Positions 19,035 to 29,473 of a stretch of DNA of 64,000 nt are shown here, piece by piece. The DNA lies in the NCBI GenBank assembly GCA_902588745.1, contig CACIQI010000007.1:2271-66270 (forward strand), written 5' to 3'. Source of the stretch: an uncultured Alphaproteobacteria bacterium. Its GTDB lineage: Bacteria; Pseudomonadota; Alphaproteobacteria; HIMB59; GCA-002718135. The translations under genes were made by a program, and so were the position numbers. Position 1 is the stretch's first letter. The number at the start of each line of letters is the position of its first letter. Below the pieces are notes generated by a model, which was given only the letters and a program-made list of their open reading frames with translations, made no database searches and was not told the origin of the DNA.

Positions 19035-20722
19035 TATTTCTCCTTTTTCATCTTTGGTTGATTTATATCCGTGTCATCATCATTTATTTCACCGAGTTCT
19101 GTAATAGCGTGAATTTTACTTTCAGGAAATTCTTTTAATATTTTTTTTATCTCTGGATGATTTTTCATTATTTCAATTTCTTTTTGTTGGTTAATAATAT
19201 CTTCATCATGCAAACTTTTTCCAAGATTGCTTGTAGATGAATGTATCTGCCATATTCTTCCAGTCCATTTAGAGATTAATTTTGCAACAGTTCTATTGAA
19301 GCCAGTGTCATTAATTTTAGATGTGTTTAGGGTAACTTCTCCTTCTTTAAAAGAGACTAACTGCACATCATTGTATAATTTAGTGTGAAGTAATCCTTCT
19401 CTATTTTTAAAAAACATATCGACAAAATGTCTGAAGTCTTGAATATGTTTTATATTTACATTTTCTTTTGGTAAAATTTCTTTTTTATTTTCATTAAAGT
19501 TTAAAACTTTGTTACTTTCATTAGTTTCATTTTGTATTTTAAGATTTTTTTCTAAGGATTCTTTTTCTACGACTTCTTTGTCCATTTTTTTAATTAGATC
19601 TTCTGGGCTTGGACCATTATGTAAATAAATAATTCTTAAAATAATCATTTCTCCATGTTGGTATAAATGAGAGCTATTTTGTAATTCTTGATAACCTTTA
19701 AATAAAATTTGCCATATAATATTCAAATTATTTAATGTCATTTTTGATGACAATTCAGCTCCTTTATTTCTTTCAAATTCAGGAATGTAAATGTCATCTT
19801 TTAAATCTGGTGCTATCTTTATTTGAACAAGAAAATGTACTACGTTTAATAGTTCATCAAATATCATTGCTATATCTGCCCCTAACTCATACAACTCTTT
19901 ATATTTATTAATTGCACCAAGAGCATCTCCTTCTAAAATAATTTCAATTAAGTTAAATATTTTTTCTCTATCAGCTAATCCCAGCATGCTTATTACAGTT
20001 TGCGAGTCAACTTTTTCATTTGGACTAGTTATTGCTTGATCTAATAGACTAAGACCATCTCTTACAGATCCATCTGCTGATCTTACAAGTAAAGAGATAG
20101 CATCTAAATCTATAGCGATATTTTCTAGTTTGGAAATTTTTAGTAAATGATCTGATAAAATTTTGTTTTCTATTCTATGTAAATCAAATCTCTGACACCT
20201 TGATAAAACAGTTATTGGCACTTTTTTAATTTCTGTTGTGGCAAAAATAAATTTAACATGTTCTGGTGGTTCTTCTAAAGTTTTAAGCAGGGCATTGAAT
20301 GCACTTTTTGAAAGCATATGAACTTCATCAATGATAAATATTTTATAATCACCGATAACAGGTTTATATTTTACATTGTCAATTATTTCTCTAATGTCAT
20401 CAACGCCAGTATTAGAAGCTGCATCAATCTCAATAACATCAAGATTACTATCCAAAGTCGTTGATTTGCATGAATCACAATTTCCACATGGTTCACAATT
20501 TTTTTTATCTCTATTCTTACAATTAATACTCATAGCTATAAGTCTAGCAGTTGTGGTTTTTCCAACACCTCTAACACCTGTTAGAATATATGCGTGAGCT
20601 AATCGGTCATTATTAATAGCGTTTGATAAAATTTTTACTAATAATTCTTGACCAATTAAATCTTCAAATTTTTGAGGTCTGTATTTTCTAGCTAAAACTT
20701 TATATTTTTTTTCTTCTGTCAT
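19034..20722 (-). CDS. dnaX: DNA polymerase III subunit gamma/tau
   Basis: ARKYRP, GVRGVGKTT, IDEVHML, SRCQRF; start moved to ATG 20722 because the longer start lies inside the SRP RNA. Confidence 0.96.
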   Translation of the reverse strand: MTEEKKYKVLARKYRPQKFEDLIGQELLVKILSNAINNDRLAHAYILTGVRGVGKTTTARLIAMSINCKNRDKKNCEPCGNCDSCKSTTLDSNLDVIEIDAASNTGVDDIREIIDNVKYKPVIGDYKIFIIDEVHMLSKSAFNALLKTLEEPPEHVKFIFATTEIKKVPITVLSRCQRFDLHRIENKILSDHLLKISKLENIAIDLDAISLLVRSADGSVRDGLSLLDQAITSPNEKVDSQTVISMLGLADREKIFNLIEIILEGDALGAINKYKELYELGADIAMIFDELLNVVHFLVQIKIAPDLKDDIYIPEFERNKGAELSSKMTLNNLNIIWQILFKGYQELQNSSHLYQHGEMIILRIIYLHNGPSPEDLIKKMDKEVVEKESLEKNLKIQNETNESNKVLNFNENKKEILPKENVNIKHIQDFRHFVDMFFKNREGLLHTKLYNDVQLVSFKEGEVTLNTSKINDTGFNRTVAKLISKWTGRIWQIHSSTSNLGKSLHDEDIINQQKEIEIMKNHPEIKKILKEFPESKIHAITELGEINDDDTDINQPKMKKEK

Positions 20723-20732
20723 TATAATTAAT

Positions 20733-20820
20733 GGAAGGAGTTGAGACCCAAACAAGATTGTTACAGCTGCTTCTTTTCAGATCTGACTGGATTAGCAATT
20801 TATTTGCCCTCAATCCTCCC
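20733..20820 (-). ncRNA. ffs: Signal recognition particle RNA (4.5S)
   Basis: Minus strand reads GGGAGGATTGAG...GTCAGATCTGAAAAGAAGCAGC...CTCAACTCCTTCC, with paired ends and the domain IV motif; typical position upstream of dnaX. Confidence 0.9.
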
Positions 20821-20874
20821 TGTAGCAATATAACATTAATGTAAATAAAATATAAATAGACTTTTCAAAAAATA

Positions 20875-21717
20875 CTATTTTTTCCTGAATGAAGATTTCT
20901 CATATACCCCAAGGATTTCTATCTTCTTACAAAAAAATTTCATCTCTTCTAATGCTAATTTTACAGATGTATTTTCAGGATGTCCCTCAAAATCTACATA
21001 AAATTGTGCAACATCAAAACCCTGTGGGTGAATATAACTCTCAAGCTTAGTTATATTAACACCATTACTAGCAAATCCACCAAGACATTTATATAAAACT
21101 GCTGGAATACTTCTAACTGTAAATACTAATGTTGTAAGAATATCATTTGTTTCTGGATTTATATCTAATAAATTTTTTTGCATAACAAGAAATCGGGTTA
21201 CGTTATTTTGGGTATCTTGAAAATTTTTTTCCAATATATCAAGATCATATATATTAGCAGCAAGTTCAGATGCGATAGCTGCATCTTCGATATTATTTAA
21301 CTCTGAAATTAATTTAGCAGATCCAGCTGTATCAGCTTCAACAATCATTTGCTTATCTAATTTTAAAATTTTGTTTCGACATTGAGCAATTCCCTGTTCA
21401 TGACTTCTTATTCTTTTGATATCTGAGATTTTCGCACCTCTAATTCCAAGTAAGTTATGATTTACTTCATGAAAATATTCATAAGTTATTTTTAAATCAG
21501 AGTCGGGTATCAATCTTTGAGTATCCGCTACTCTTCCTGCAAGAGAGTTTTCTATTGGAACCATTGCTGCTTCTGATTTTCCTGATCTAACATGTTCAAA
21601 CATATCTTCAAAAGTTGCACACGGCATACCTGTTGCGTTTGGAAAAATATTTTTTCCTGCTTGTTCGCTATAAGCACCACCTACACCTTGAAATGAAAAA
21701 CTGTTAACTTTAATCAT
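20875..21717 (-). CDS. pheA: Prephenate dehydratase
   Basis: FQGVGGAYSE, PIENS, NVTRF, NITKLES and an ACT domain. Confidence 0.94.
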   Translation of the reverse strand: MIKVNSFSFQGVGGAYSEQAGKNIFPNATGMPCATFEDMFEHVRSGKSEAAMVPIENSLAGRVADTQRLIPDSDLKITYEYFHEVNHNLLGIRGAKISDIKRIRSHEQGIAQCRNKILKLDKQMIVEADTAGSAKLISELNNIEDAAIASELAANIYDLDILEKNFQDTQNNVTRFLVMQKNLLDINPETNDILTTLVFTVRSIPAVLYKCLGGFASNGVNITKLESYIHPQGFDVAQFYVDFEGHPENTSVKLALEEMKFFCKKIEILGVYEKSSFRKK

Positions 21718-22438
21718 TGTGCTCTCTTATATTAGTTTGAATATTTATTAAATCCTCTTTTGTATCTACACTTATTGGAACTTCAGGAACATATGTAACT
21801 CCAATTGGAATATTAGAGTCCATAGCTCTCATTTGTTCTAAACTTAGATCTATTTCATTTTTTGATTTAGGAAGATTGATAAATGTATTTATTGAATCTG
21901 GAGTATAACTGTAGATACCAACATGATGGTATAAGTTTTTATTTTCTATAGTAACTTCTCTATAAAAACTTAACGCCTGCGCAATTTCATTTTTTTTAAA
22001 ATCAACTTCAACTTTTGTTACATTGGGATTATTTAATTCATTATCATTTAAGTTTGTTGCAAGTGTGCCAATAGTAAAATTTTTTTTTATTGGATCAATG
22101 GCTTTAAGAATATGGTCTGGATTTATAAGAGGCATATCACCTTGTAGATTGATTATTACATCAATGTCTTTGTTATTTTTTATCTTTAAAAAAGCGGAAT
22201 GAACTCTATCAGTTCCAGAGGGGAGATTTGGATCTGTCATAATAGCTTTACCACCATTACTTACAATTAAATCATGAACTTCAATTTCAGAACAAGCAAC
22301 AAATACTTCTCCAATATTTGATTCAATTGCCTGTTGCCATACTCGTTGTATCATTGGAATACCATCTATAGCCATTAATGGTTTGCCTGGCAGTCTAGTG
22401 GAGGCCATTCGTGAAGGTATAATAACTACGCTTTTCAT
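21710..22438 (-). CDS. kdsB: 3-deoxy-manno-octulosonate cytidylyltransferase
   Basis: IPSRMASTRLPGKPL, SGTDR, NLQGD, LEQMRA, VDT. Confidence 0.95.
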   Translation of the reverse strand: MKSVVIIPSRMASTRLPGKPLMAIDGIPMIQRVWQQAIESNIGEVFVACSEIEVHDLIVSNGGKAIMTDPNLPSGTDRVHSAFLKIKNNKDIDVIINLQGDMPLINPDHILKAIDPIKKNFTIGTLATNLNDNELNNPNVTKVEVDFKKNEIAQALSFYREVTIENKNLYHHVGIYSYTPDSINTFINLPKSKNEIDLSLEQMRAMDSNIPIGVTYVPEVPISVDTKEDLINIQTNIREHND

Positions 22439-22529
22439 AATTTATGCGACAATTAAGCAAGAGAATTTAAATTTCATACTTACGACAAATATATTCTTTC
22501 TTCTAAAAAATCTGTATATGTACTTATAC

Positions 22530-23075
22530 ATGTCTGGGCTTGAAGTTAATAAAATTTTAGCATCAATTATACTAGCAGTATTAATTGTTACCCTAATTGG
22601 GCATTTTGGAGATTTAGTCATTAATATTGAGCATGATGATAAAAAAGAAACAGCTTATAAAATAGACGTTCCTGAAGATTCTGCTGGTGTAGGAGTTGTA
22701 GAAAAAAAAGAAGAAATAATTGAACCAATTTCAATATTACTAGCAAGTGCTTCTCTCGATAATGGGGAAAAATTATTCAAAAAATGTGCAACATGCCATA
22801 ATTATGAGAAAGGTAGTGCAAATAAAGTAGGTCCACACTTATGGAATATCATAAACAGACCAAAGGCAAATGTTGAAGGTTTTGCTTATTCTAAAGCTCT
22901 AGCTGAATATGGTGGAGAATGGGGATATGAAGAATTAGCAGAATTTTTATACAAACCAAAAAAATATATAAAAGGTACAAAAATGAACTTTGCAGGTTTA
23001 AAAAAAGTAAAAGATAGAGCAGACTTAGTTTATTTCCTAAGAGAACACTCAGATAACCCAGCACCACTTCCATAA
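22530..23075 (+). CDS. cycM: Membrane-anchored cytochrome c (CycM/c552-like)
   Basis: CATCH heme motif, N-terminal TM, GTKMNFAGL; start moved to ATG 22530 (MSGLEVNK). Confidence 0.88.
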   Translation: MSGLEVNKILASIILAVLIVTLIGHFGDLVINIEHDDKKETAYKIDVPEDSAGVGVVEKKEEIIEPISILLASASLDNGEKLFKKCATCHNYEKGSANKVGPHLWNIINRPKANVEGFAYSKALAEYGGEWGYEELAEFLYKPKKYIKGTKMNFAGLKKVKDRADLVYFLREHSDNPAPLP

Positions 23076-23084
23076 ACTAAAGTA

Positions 23085-23858
23085 ATGATCTTAGATACAG
23101 AAGAGTTTTCAAAATTTGCAAACTCTTTAGCCGATGATGCATCTAAAACTTCAATGCATTATTTTAGAAACAAAATTGAAATAGAAATTAAAGACGATGA
23201 AAGTCCTGTGACTCTAGCAGATAAAGAAACAGAACAAGTATTAAGAGAGAGAATAAAAAAAAAATATCCAGATCATGGAATTTTAGGTGAAGAGTATGAA
23301 AATGAAAAAATAGACGCTGAATTTATATGGGTATTAGACCCTATAGATGGCACAAGAAGCTATATAGCTGGACATAAAGATTTTGGTAATTTAATTGCTT
23401 TACTTCATAATAAAAAACCAGTTTTAGGAATTATTAATTGCCCTGCACATGGTGAGCGATGGATGGGAATTAAAAATCAAAAGACAAAATGTAATGGAAA
23501 AGATGTTCAAACTAGTGCAATTAAACAAATTAAAGATGCCTATCTTTTTACATCTGGATTATATTTTGATGAACCTCAAATCAGAAAAGGATTAGAATTA
23601 CTAAAAGAAAAATCACGATACTATAGACTTGGTGGTGATTGTTACATGTATGGAATGTTAGCCTCAGGTCTAATTGATATTGTTTTAGAAGATACATTAA
23701 AAGTGCACGACTATATGGCTCTTGTAAATGTAATTGAAGGAGCTGGTGGAGTAATTACTGATAAGTTTGGACAAGATATATCTTTAGACTCAGATGGCAG
23801 TTTAGTTGCATCCAGTACAGGCTCTCTTCATGATGAAATAATTAAATTAATAAACTAA
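23085..23858 (+). CDS. hisN: Histidinol-phosphatase (inositol monophosphatase family)
   Basis: SPVTLAD, ILGEE, WVLDPIDGT, GGDCY. Confidence 0.8.
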   Translation: MILDTEEFSKFANSLADDASKTSMHYFRNKIEIEIKDDESPVTLADKETEQVLRERIKKKYPDHGILGEEYENEKIDAEFIWVLDPIDGTRSYIAGHKDFGNLIALLHNKKPVLGIINCPAHGERWMGIKNQKTKCNGKDVQTSAIKQIKDAYLFTSGLYFDEPQIRKGLELLKEKSRYYRLGGDCYMYGMLASGLIDIVLEDTLKVHDYMALVNVIEGAGGVITDKFGQDISLDSDGSLVASSTGSLHDEIIKLIN

Positions 23859-23899
23859 AATTTATTTTAATTTTTAATAAATAGACATATATTACAAGT

Positions 23900-25726
23900 A
23901 TGAAAATACTCACTTTGATCTTTACATTTACTCTAGTTTTTCAATTAAAAGCACAAGCAAATACTAATATATCTCATGCAATTGCAATGCATGGTGAGCC
24001 AAAATACTCAAAAGAATTTGAAAACGTTGAATACATTAATCCAAACTCAATCAAAGGTGGATCAATAGTAAGAAGTGCCATTGGAACCTATGATAGTTTT
24101 AATCCATTTATTTTAAAAGGTACCTCGGCAGCTGGAATTGGAGGATTGTATGAAACATTAACAACGGGATCGAGTGATGAAGCATTTACGGAATACGGCT
24201 TATTGGCAGAAACGATTGAATGGCCAGATGATAGATCTTGGGTTTCATTTACATTAAGAAACGAAGCGTATTGGCACGATGGGAAAAAAATTACAGCTGA
24301 CGATGTTGTTTGGACATTTAATACTCTAATGGAGAAAGGTCACCCATTTTATAAATACTACTATGGAGATGTAAAAGAAGTAGTTAAAGAACAAGAAAAT
24401 AAAGTTAGATTTAATTTTACAACAAACACGAATAAAGAATTAGTATTAATTGTTGGTCAATTACCTGTACTGCCAAAACATTATTGGGTAAATAAAAACT
24501 TTGAAGAAACATCTCTGGAAATACCAATTGGAAGTGGTCCATATAAAATTAAATCATTTGATAGTGGAAGATCAATTACTTACGAACTAGATCAGAATTA
24601 TTGGGGTTTTGGTGCATCAATACCAATTAAAATTGGTAAAGATAACTTCGGCACAATCAGATATGATTATTACAAAGACAGAGGTATTGAAAGAGAAGCT
24701 TTTAAATCTGGTGAGATTGATTTCTTTTCTGAAAATTCATCAAAAGAATGGGCAACCGCGTATGATATAAACGCAGTGAATGAAGGCCTAATTAAAAAAG
24801 AATTAATAAGTCATGAAAATCCACAAGGTATGCAAGGTTTTGCATTTAATATAAGAAAAGATAAATTTAAAGATAGAAGAGTAAGAAAGGCTCTTTCTTA
24901 TGCTTTTGATTTTGAATGGTCTAATAAAAATTTATTCTTTGATGCATATAAAAGAACAGATAGTTTTTTTGAAAATTCAGAACTTGCTTCGTCTGGTCTA
25001 CCTTCAAAAGAAGAATTAAACTATTTAAATCCATATTTTGATGTACTGCCAAAGGAAGTATTTACAGAAAAATACACTAATCCAGTCACAGATGGTTCAG
25101 GTTATATGAGGATGCAACTGCAAGAAGCTTCAAAACTTTTAGAAGAATCTGGATGGGAATTAGTTGATGGTAAGCTTCTACATTCTAGTACTAAAGAACC
25201 TTTTGAATTTGAAATCTTACTACGATCACCAGCGTTTGAGAGAATAGTTTTCCCATTTAAAGATAATCTTGAAAAATTAGGAATAATTGCCGAAGTAAGA
25301 ACGATTGATAGTGCACAATATCAAAAAAGAATGGAAACATTTGATTTTGATATGGTTGTGCAAACCTTTGGTCAATCTTTATCTCCAGGTAACGAGCAAA
25401 GAAATTTTTGGGGTTCTGATGCAGCAGATACTGATGGCTCCAGAAATGTTGTTGGTATAAAAAATTATGCTGTAGATGGATTAATTGAAAGTCTAATTAA
25501 TGCTAGTGATAGAGAAGAATTAATTACAATAACCAAAGCTTTAGATCGAGTTCTTCTATGGAATTATTATGTTATTCCACAATGGCATATCTCCTCATAC
25601 AGAGTTCTATATTGGGATTTTTTTGATCAACCAAAAATAAAGCCAAAATATTCACTAGGCTTTGATACATGGTGGATTAATCAGAATAAATTTGAAACAA
25701 TCCAATCTAATAGAACATCAAACTAG
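23900..25726 (+). CDS. yejA: YejA-like peptide ABC transporter substrate-binding protein
   Basis: HAIAMHGEPKY, DSFNPFILKG, AFDFEWSNK, SLSPGNEQR. Confidence 0.9.
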   Translation: MKILTLIFTFTLVFQLKAQANTNISHAIAMHGEPKYSKEFENVEYINPNSIKGGSIVRSAIGTYDSFNPFILKGTSAAGIGGLYETLTTGSSDEAFTEYGLLAETIEWPDDRSWVSFTLRNEAYWHDGKKITADDVVWTFNTLMEKGHPFYKYYYGDVKEVVKEQENKVRFNFTTNTNKELVLIVGQLPVLPKHYWVNKNFEETSLEIPIGSGPYKIKSFDSGRSITYELDQNYWGFGASIPIKIGKDNFGTIRYDYYKDRGIEREAFKSGEIDFFSENSSKEWATAYDINAVNEGLIKKELISHENPQGMQGFAFNIRKDKFKDRRVRKALSYAFDFEWSNKNLFFDAYKRTDSFFENSELASSGLPSKEELNYLNPYFDVLPKEVFTEKYTNPVTDGSGYMRMQLQEASKLLEESGWELVDGKLLHSSTKEPFEFEILLRSPAFERIVFPFKDNLEKLGIIAEVRTIDSAQYQKRMETFDFDMVVQTFGQSLSPGNEQRNFWGSDAADTDGSRNVVGIKNYAVDGLIESLINASDREELITITKALDRVLLWNYYVIPQWHISSYRVLYWDFFDQPKIKPKYSLGFDTWWINQNKFETIQSNRTSN

Positions 25727-25765
25727 TTATTAAAGTTTATTAGAAATAATATAAAATAGCACAAT

Positions 25766-26869
25766 ATGGGTGCTTACTTAATAAAAAGACTTCTTTTAAT
25801 TATCCCAACTCTTTTTGGGATAATGGTTATAAATTTTGCAATCATTCAAATTGTTCCAGGAGGCCCAGTAGAACAAATGATTGCACAAATGACTGGGACA
25901 GCTGTTGAGTCAACAGCTCGATTTTCTGGTGGTGGCGAGGGTGAAACTTTAGAGTTTAATCGAGATAATTCTGCATCAGTTAATGATAGCAAATATAGAG
26001 GAGCACAAGGCCTAGATCCAGATGTTATAAAGGAAATAGAAAAGATGTATGGAATGGACAAACCAGCCCATGAACGATTTATTAAAATGCTTAGAGATTA
26101 TCTAACATTTGATTTTGGTGAAAGTTTTTTTAGAGATCAAAAAGTTACCTCTATTGTTTTAGATAAAATGCCAGTTTCAATATCACTTGGTTTATGGACA
26201 ACTTTATTAGTGTATTTAATCTCCATACCTTTAGGTATTAGAAAAGCAATTAAAGACGGATCAAAATTCGATATTGTATCAAGTTCTATTGTAACAATAG
26301 GTTATGCAATTCCAAATTTTTTATTTGCTGTAATATTAATTGTATTTTTCGCAGGTGGAAGATTTTATGATATTTTTCCCTTACGCGGTTTATTTTCTGA
26401 AAATTTTGATGAATTAACTTTGTTTCAAAAAATGATAGATTATTTTTGGCATTTAGCTTTGCCTCTAATTGCTATGCTTGTGAGCGGATTTGCAGGTTTA
26501 ACATTTTTAACAAAAAATTCATTTCTTGATCAGGTAAATCAACAATATGTAATTACAGCTCGATCAAAAGGTTTGACTGAAAGAAAGGTTCTTTATGGTC
26601 ATGTTTTTAGAAATGCAATGTTAATAGTTATTGCTGGATTTCCATCAGCATTTATTGGAATTCTTTTTTCAAGTTCTCTGTTCATTGAGGTTATTTTTTC
26701 ATTAGATGGATTGGGATTACTGGGGTACGAAGCAGCTCTGACTAGAGATTATCCAGTTATATTTGCAACACTTTATTTTTTCTCACTACTTGGTTTGGTT
26801 ATGGGAATAATTGGCGATTTTATGTACTCAGTTATTGATCCCCGTATAGATTTTGAATCCAGACAATGA
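25766..26869 (+). CDS. yejB: YejB-like ABC permease
   Basis: [29 protein letters not shown]. Confidence 0.93.
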   Translation: MGAYLIKRLLLIIPTLFGIMVINFAIIQIVPGGPVEQMIAQMTGTAVESTARFSGGGEGETLEFNRDNSASVNDSKYRGAQGLDPDVIKEIEKMYGMDKPAHERFIKMLRDYLTFDFGESFFRDQKVTSIVLDKMPVSISLGLWTTLLVYLISIPLGIRKAIKDGSKFDIVSSSIVTIGYAIPNFLFAVILIVFFAGGRFYDIFPLRGLFSENFDELTLFQKMIDYFWHLALPLIAMLVSGFAGLTFLTKNSFLDQVNQQYVITARSKGLTERKVLYGHVFRNAMLIVIAGFPSAFIGILFSSSLFIEVIFSLDGLGLLGYEAALTRDYPVIFATLYFFSLLGLVMGIIGDFMYSVIDPRIDFESRQ

Positions 26870-27894
26870 AAAAATTATCAAAATTAAATCAAAGAAGATT
26901 AAATAATTTTAAGAGCAACAAGAGAGGTTATTATTCTTTTTGGATATTTAGTTTTTTATTTATTATTTCTTTGTTTGCTAATTTTATTGCTAATGAAAAA
27001 CCATTATTAGTACAATATAACTCAAATTTTTATTATCCAATATTTTCTTTCTATTCAGAAACAACATTTGGAGGAGATTTTGAAACAGAGGCAGATTATA
27101 AAGATCCATATGTTAAAAATTTAATTGAGGAAAATGGATGGATGATTATGCCTATAATTCCATATTCATATAATACCATAATTAGAGATTTATCCGCTCC
27201 AGCACCTTCACCGCCTTCAAATAAAAATTGGCTTGGTACTGATGATCAAGCTAGGGATGTTCTATCAAGATTAATTTATGGTTTCCGAATATCCATATTA
27301 TTTGGGTTTACCTTAACATTTTTTTCAATGATTATAGGAGTCTCTGCTGGAGCAATACAAGGTTATTTTGGAGGAAAGACTGATTTATTTTTCCAAAGAT
27401 TTATGGAGGTTTGGTCAGCAATACCAACTCTATATGTGTTAATTATTTTAGCTAGCGTAATTCAACCAAATTTTTGGTGGCTACTAATCATTTTATTACT
27501 TTTTAGTTGGATGGGTTATGTTGGCGTAGTTCGTGCAGAATTTTTAAGAGCAAGGAATTTTGACTATATAAGAGCAGCAAGAGCATTAGGAGTGTCAAAT
27601 ACAAAAATTATTATAAGACATATGTTACCTAATGCAACTATAGCTACAGTTACTTTTCTTCCATTTAGTTTAAGTGCTTCTGTCACAGCATTATCTGGTC
27701 TTGATTTTTTAGGTTTTGGGTTACCACCAGGATCTGCATCCTTGGGGGAAATGGTTAACCAAGGAAGAAATAATTTACAAGCTCCTTGGCTTGGAATTAC
27801 GAGTTTCTTAACTTTAGGTTTAATGTTAGGCCTTTTAGTATTTGTTGGTGAAGCTATAAGAGACTCATTGGATCCAAGAAAGACTTTTAATTAA
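26866..27894 (+). CDS. yejE: YejE-like ABC permease
   Basis: [28 protein letters not shown]. Confidence 0.93.
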   Translation: MKKLSKLNQRRLNNFKSNKRGYYSFWIFSFLFIISLFANFIANEKPLLVQYNSNFYYPIFSFYSETTFGGDFETEADYKDPYVKNLIEENGWMIMPIIPYSYNTIIRDLSAPAPSPPSNKNWLGTDDQARDVLSRLIYGFRISILFGFTLTFFSMIIGVSAGAIQGYFGGKTDLFFQRFMEVWSAIPTLYVLIILASVIQPNFWWLLIILLLFSWMGYVGVVRAEFLRARNFDYIRAARALGVSNTKIIIRHMLPNATIATVTFLPFSLSASVTALSGLDFLGFGLPPGSASLGEMVNQGRNNLQAPWLGITSFLTLGLMLGLLVFVGEAIRDSLDPRKTFN

Positions 27895-27895
27895 A

Positions 27896-29473
27896 ATGGA
27901 GAAAATAATATCAATAAGTAACTTAAGTATAGCGTTTAATAAATATTCTGACGTAGTTAAAAATGTAAATATTGATGTAGTAAAAGGTAAAACTACAGCA
28001 ATAGTTGGGGAATCTGGGTCAGGCAAAACATTATCAGCTCTAAGCATATTAAAATTATTACCGAATGGGGCTAGCATTAAGACAGGAAAAATAGAGTACA
28101 ATAATAAAAATTTATTAAATTTAAGTCAAAAAGAAATCCAAAATATAAGAGGAAATAAAATTTCAACAATATTTCAAGAGCCAATGACAAGTTTAAACCC
28201 TCTGCATACAATAAATAAGCAAATTGAAGAAATTATTACAACGCATAATATATTAAGTAAAAAAGAGACTAAAAAAAGAACTATAAAATTACTAAATGAA
28301 GTTGGTCTTAGTGATATTTCATCAAGACCAAAAATATATCCATATGAATTATCTGGTGGACAGAGACAAAGAGCTATGATTGCAATGAGTATTGCAAATG
28401 AACCAGATTTGTTAATAGCTGATGAACCGACTACAGCTTTAGATGTAACAATACAGTTACAAATCTTAGAGTTACTTCAAAATATTCAAAAAAAAATGGG
28501 TATGTCTATGGTTTTTATAAGCCATGATCTCTCTGTTGTGAAAAAATTATCAGATTACATATATGTAATGAAAAATGGAAAAGTAATTGAATTTGGGACA
28601 AAAGAAAAAATATTTAACAATCCTAAAAATGAATATACTAAAGAATTAGTATCCAATCAAAGTAATATTAAAAAAAATAACAGTCAAAAAAGTGAATCTA
28701 TAATAAAAATTAAGGATCTAAACGTTTGGTATCCCATAAAAAAAGGATTGCTTAAAAGAACAATTGATCATGTAAAAGCAATTAACAATGTTAGCTTTAA
28801 TTTAAAAATTGGAGAAACGGTTGGAATTGTGGGTGAATCTGGCTCAGGAAAAACTTCACTTATTTTGGCAATTCTAAAATTAATTCAATCCAGAGGAGAA
28901 ATAATAATAAATAAAAAAAATTTAAATAAGTTAAGTAAAAAAGAGCTTTTAGATTTAAGAAAAGATATTCAAGTTGTATTTCAAGATCCGTTCTCATCCC
29001 TAAGTCCTAGAATGAATGTCGAAGATATTATATCAGAAGGTTTAATGGTGCATTATCCCAATATTGGCCTAGTAGACAAAAGAAAAAAATTAAAAAATAT
29101 TTTGGAAAAAGTTGGTTTAGAATATGAAAATACAATAGAAAAATATCCTCATGAATTTTCTGGTGGTCAACGACAAAGAATTGCAATTGCTAGAGCTTTG
29201 ATTTTAGAACCTAAGATACTAATTTTAGATGAACCAACCTCTGCTTTGGATGTAACAATTCAGAATCAAATATTAAGTTTATTAAATAATTTACAAAAAG
29301 AATTAGATTTAAGTTATATTTTTATAAGTCATGATATGCGAGTCATAAGAGCCATTGCTAATAAAATAATTGTTTTAAAAGATGGCTTAATTGTTGAAGA
29401 AAATTATAGTAGAGATATTTTTAATTCACCTAAATCAGAATATACAAAGAAACTAATATCTTCAGTTATATAA
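27896..29473 (+). CDS. yejF: YejF-like dual-domain ABC ATPase
   Basis: Two GESGSGKT Walker A motifs and two SGGQRQR signatures. Confidence 0.92.
   Translation: MEKIISISNLSIAFNKYSDVVKNVNIDVVKGKTTAIVGESGSGKTLSALSILKLLPNGASIKTGKIEYNNKNLLNLSQKEIQNIRGNKISTIFQEPMTSLNPLHTINKQIEEIITTHNILSKKETKKRTIKLLNEVGLSDISSRPKIYPYELSGGQRQRAMIAMSIANEPDLLIADEPTTALDVTIQLQILELLQNIQKKMGMSMVFISHDLSVVKKLSDYIYVMKNGKVIEFGTKEKIFNNPKNEYTKELVSNQSNIKKNNSQKSESIIKIKDLNVWYPIKKGLLKRTIDHVKAINNVSFNLKIGETVGIVGESGSGKTSLILAILKLIQSRGEIIINKKNLNKLSKKELLDLRKDIQVVFQDPFSSLSPRMNVEDIISEGLMVHYPNIGLVDKRKKLKNILEKVGLEYENTIEKYPHEFSGGQRQRIAIARALILEPKILILDEPTSALDVTIQNQILSLLNNLQKELDLSYIFISHDMRVIRAIANKIIVLKDGLIVEENYSRDIFNSPKSEYTKKLISSVI

Noticed and set aside
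19034-20722. Programmed -1 frameshift in dnaX
   Set aside because: A-runs are everywhere in this AT-rich DNA, and no convincing slippery site with a downstream hairpin was identified.
22383-22529. N-terminal extension of the cytochrome c ORF
   Set aside because: It overlaps kdsB head to head; the CycM-like sequence begins at MSGLEVNK (22530).
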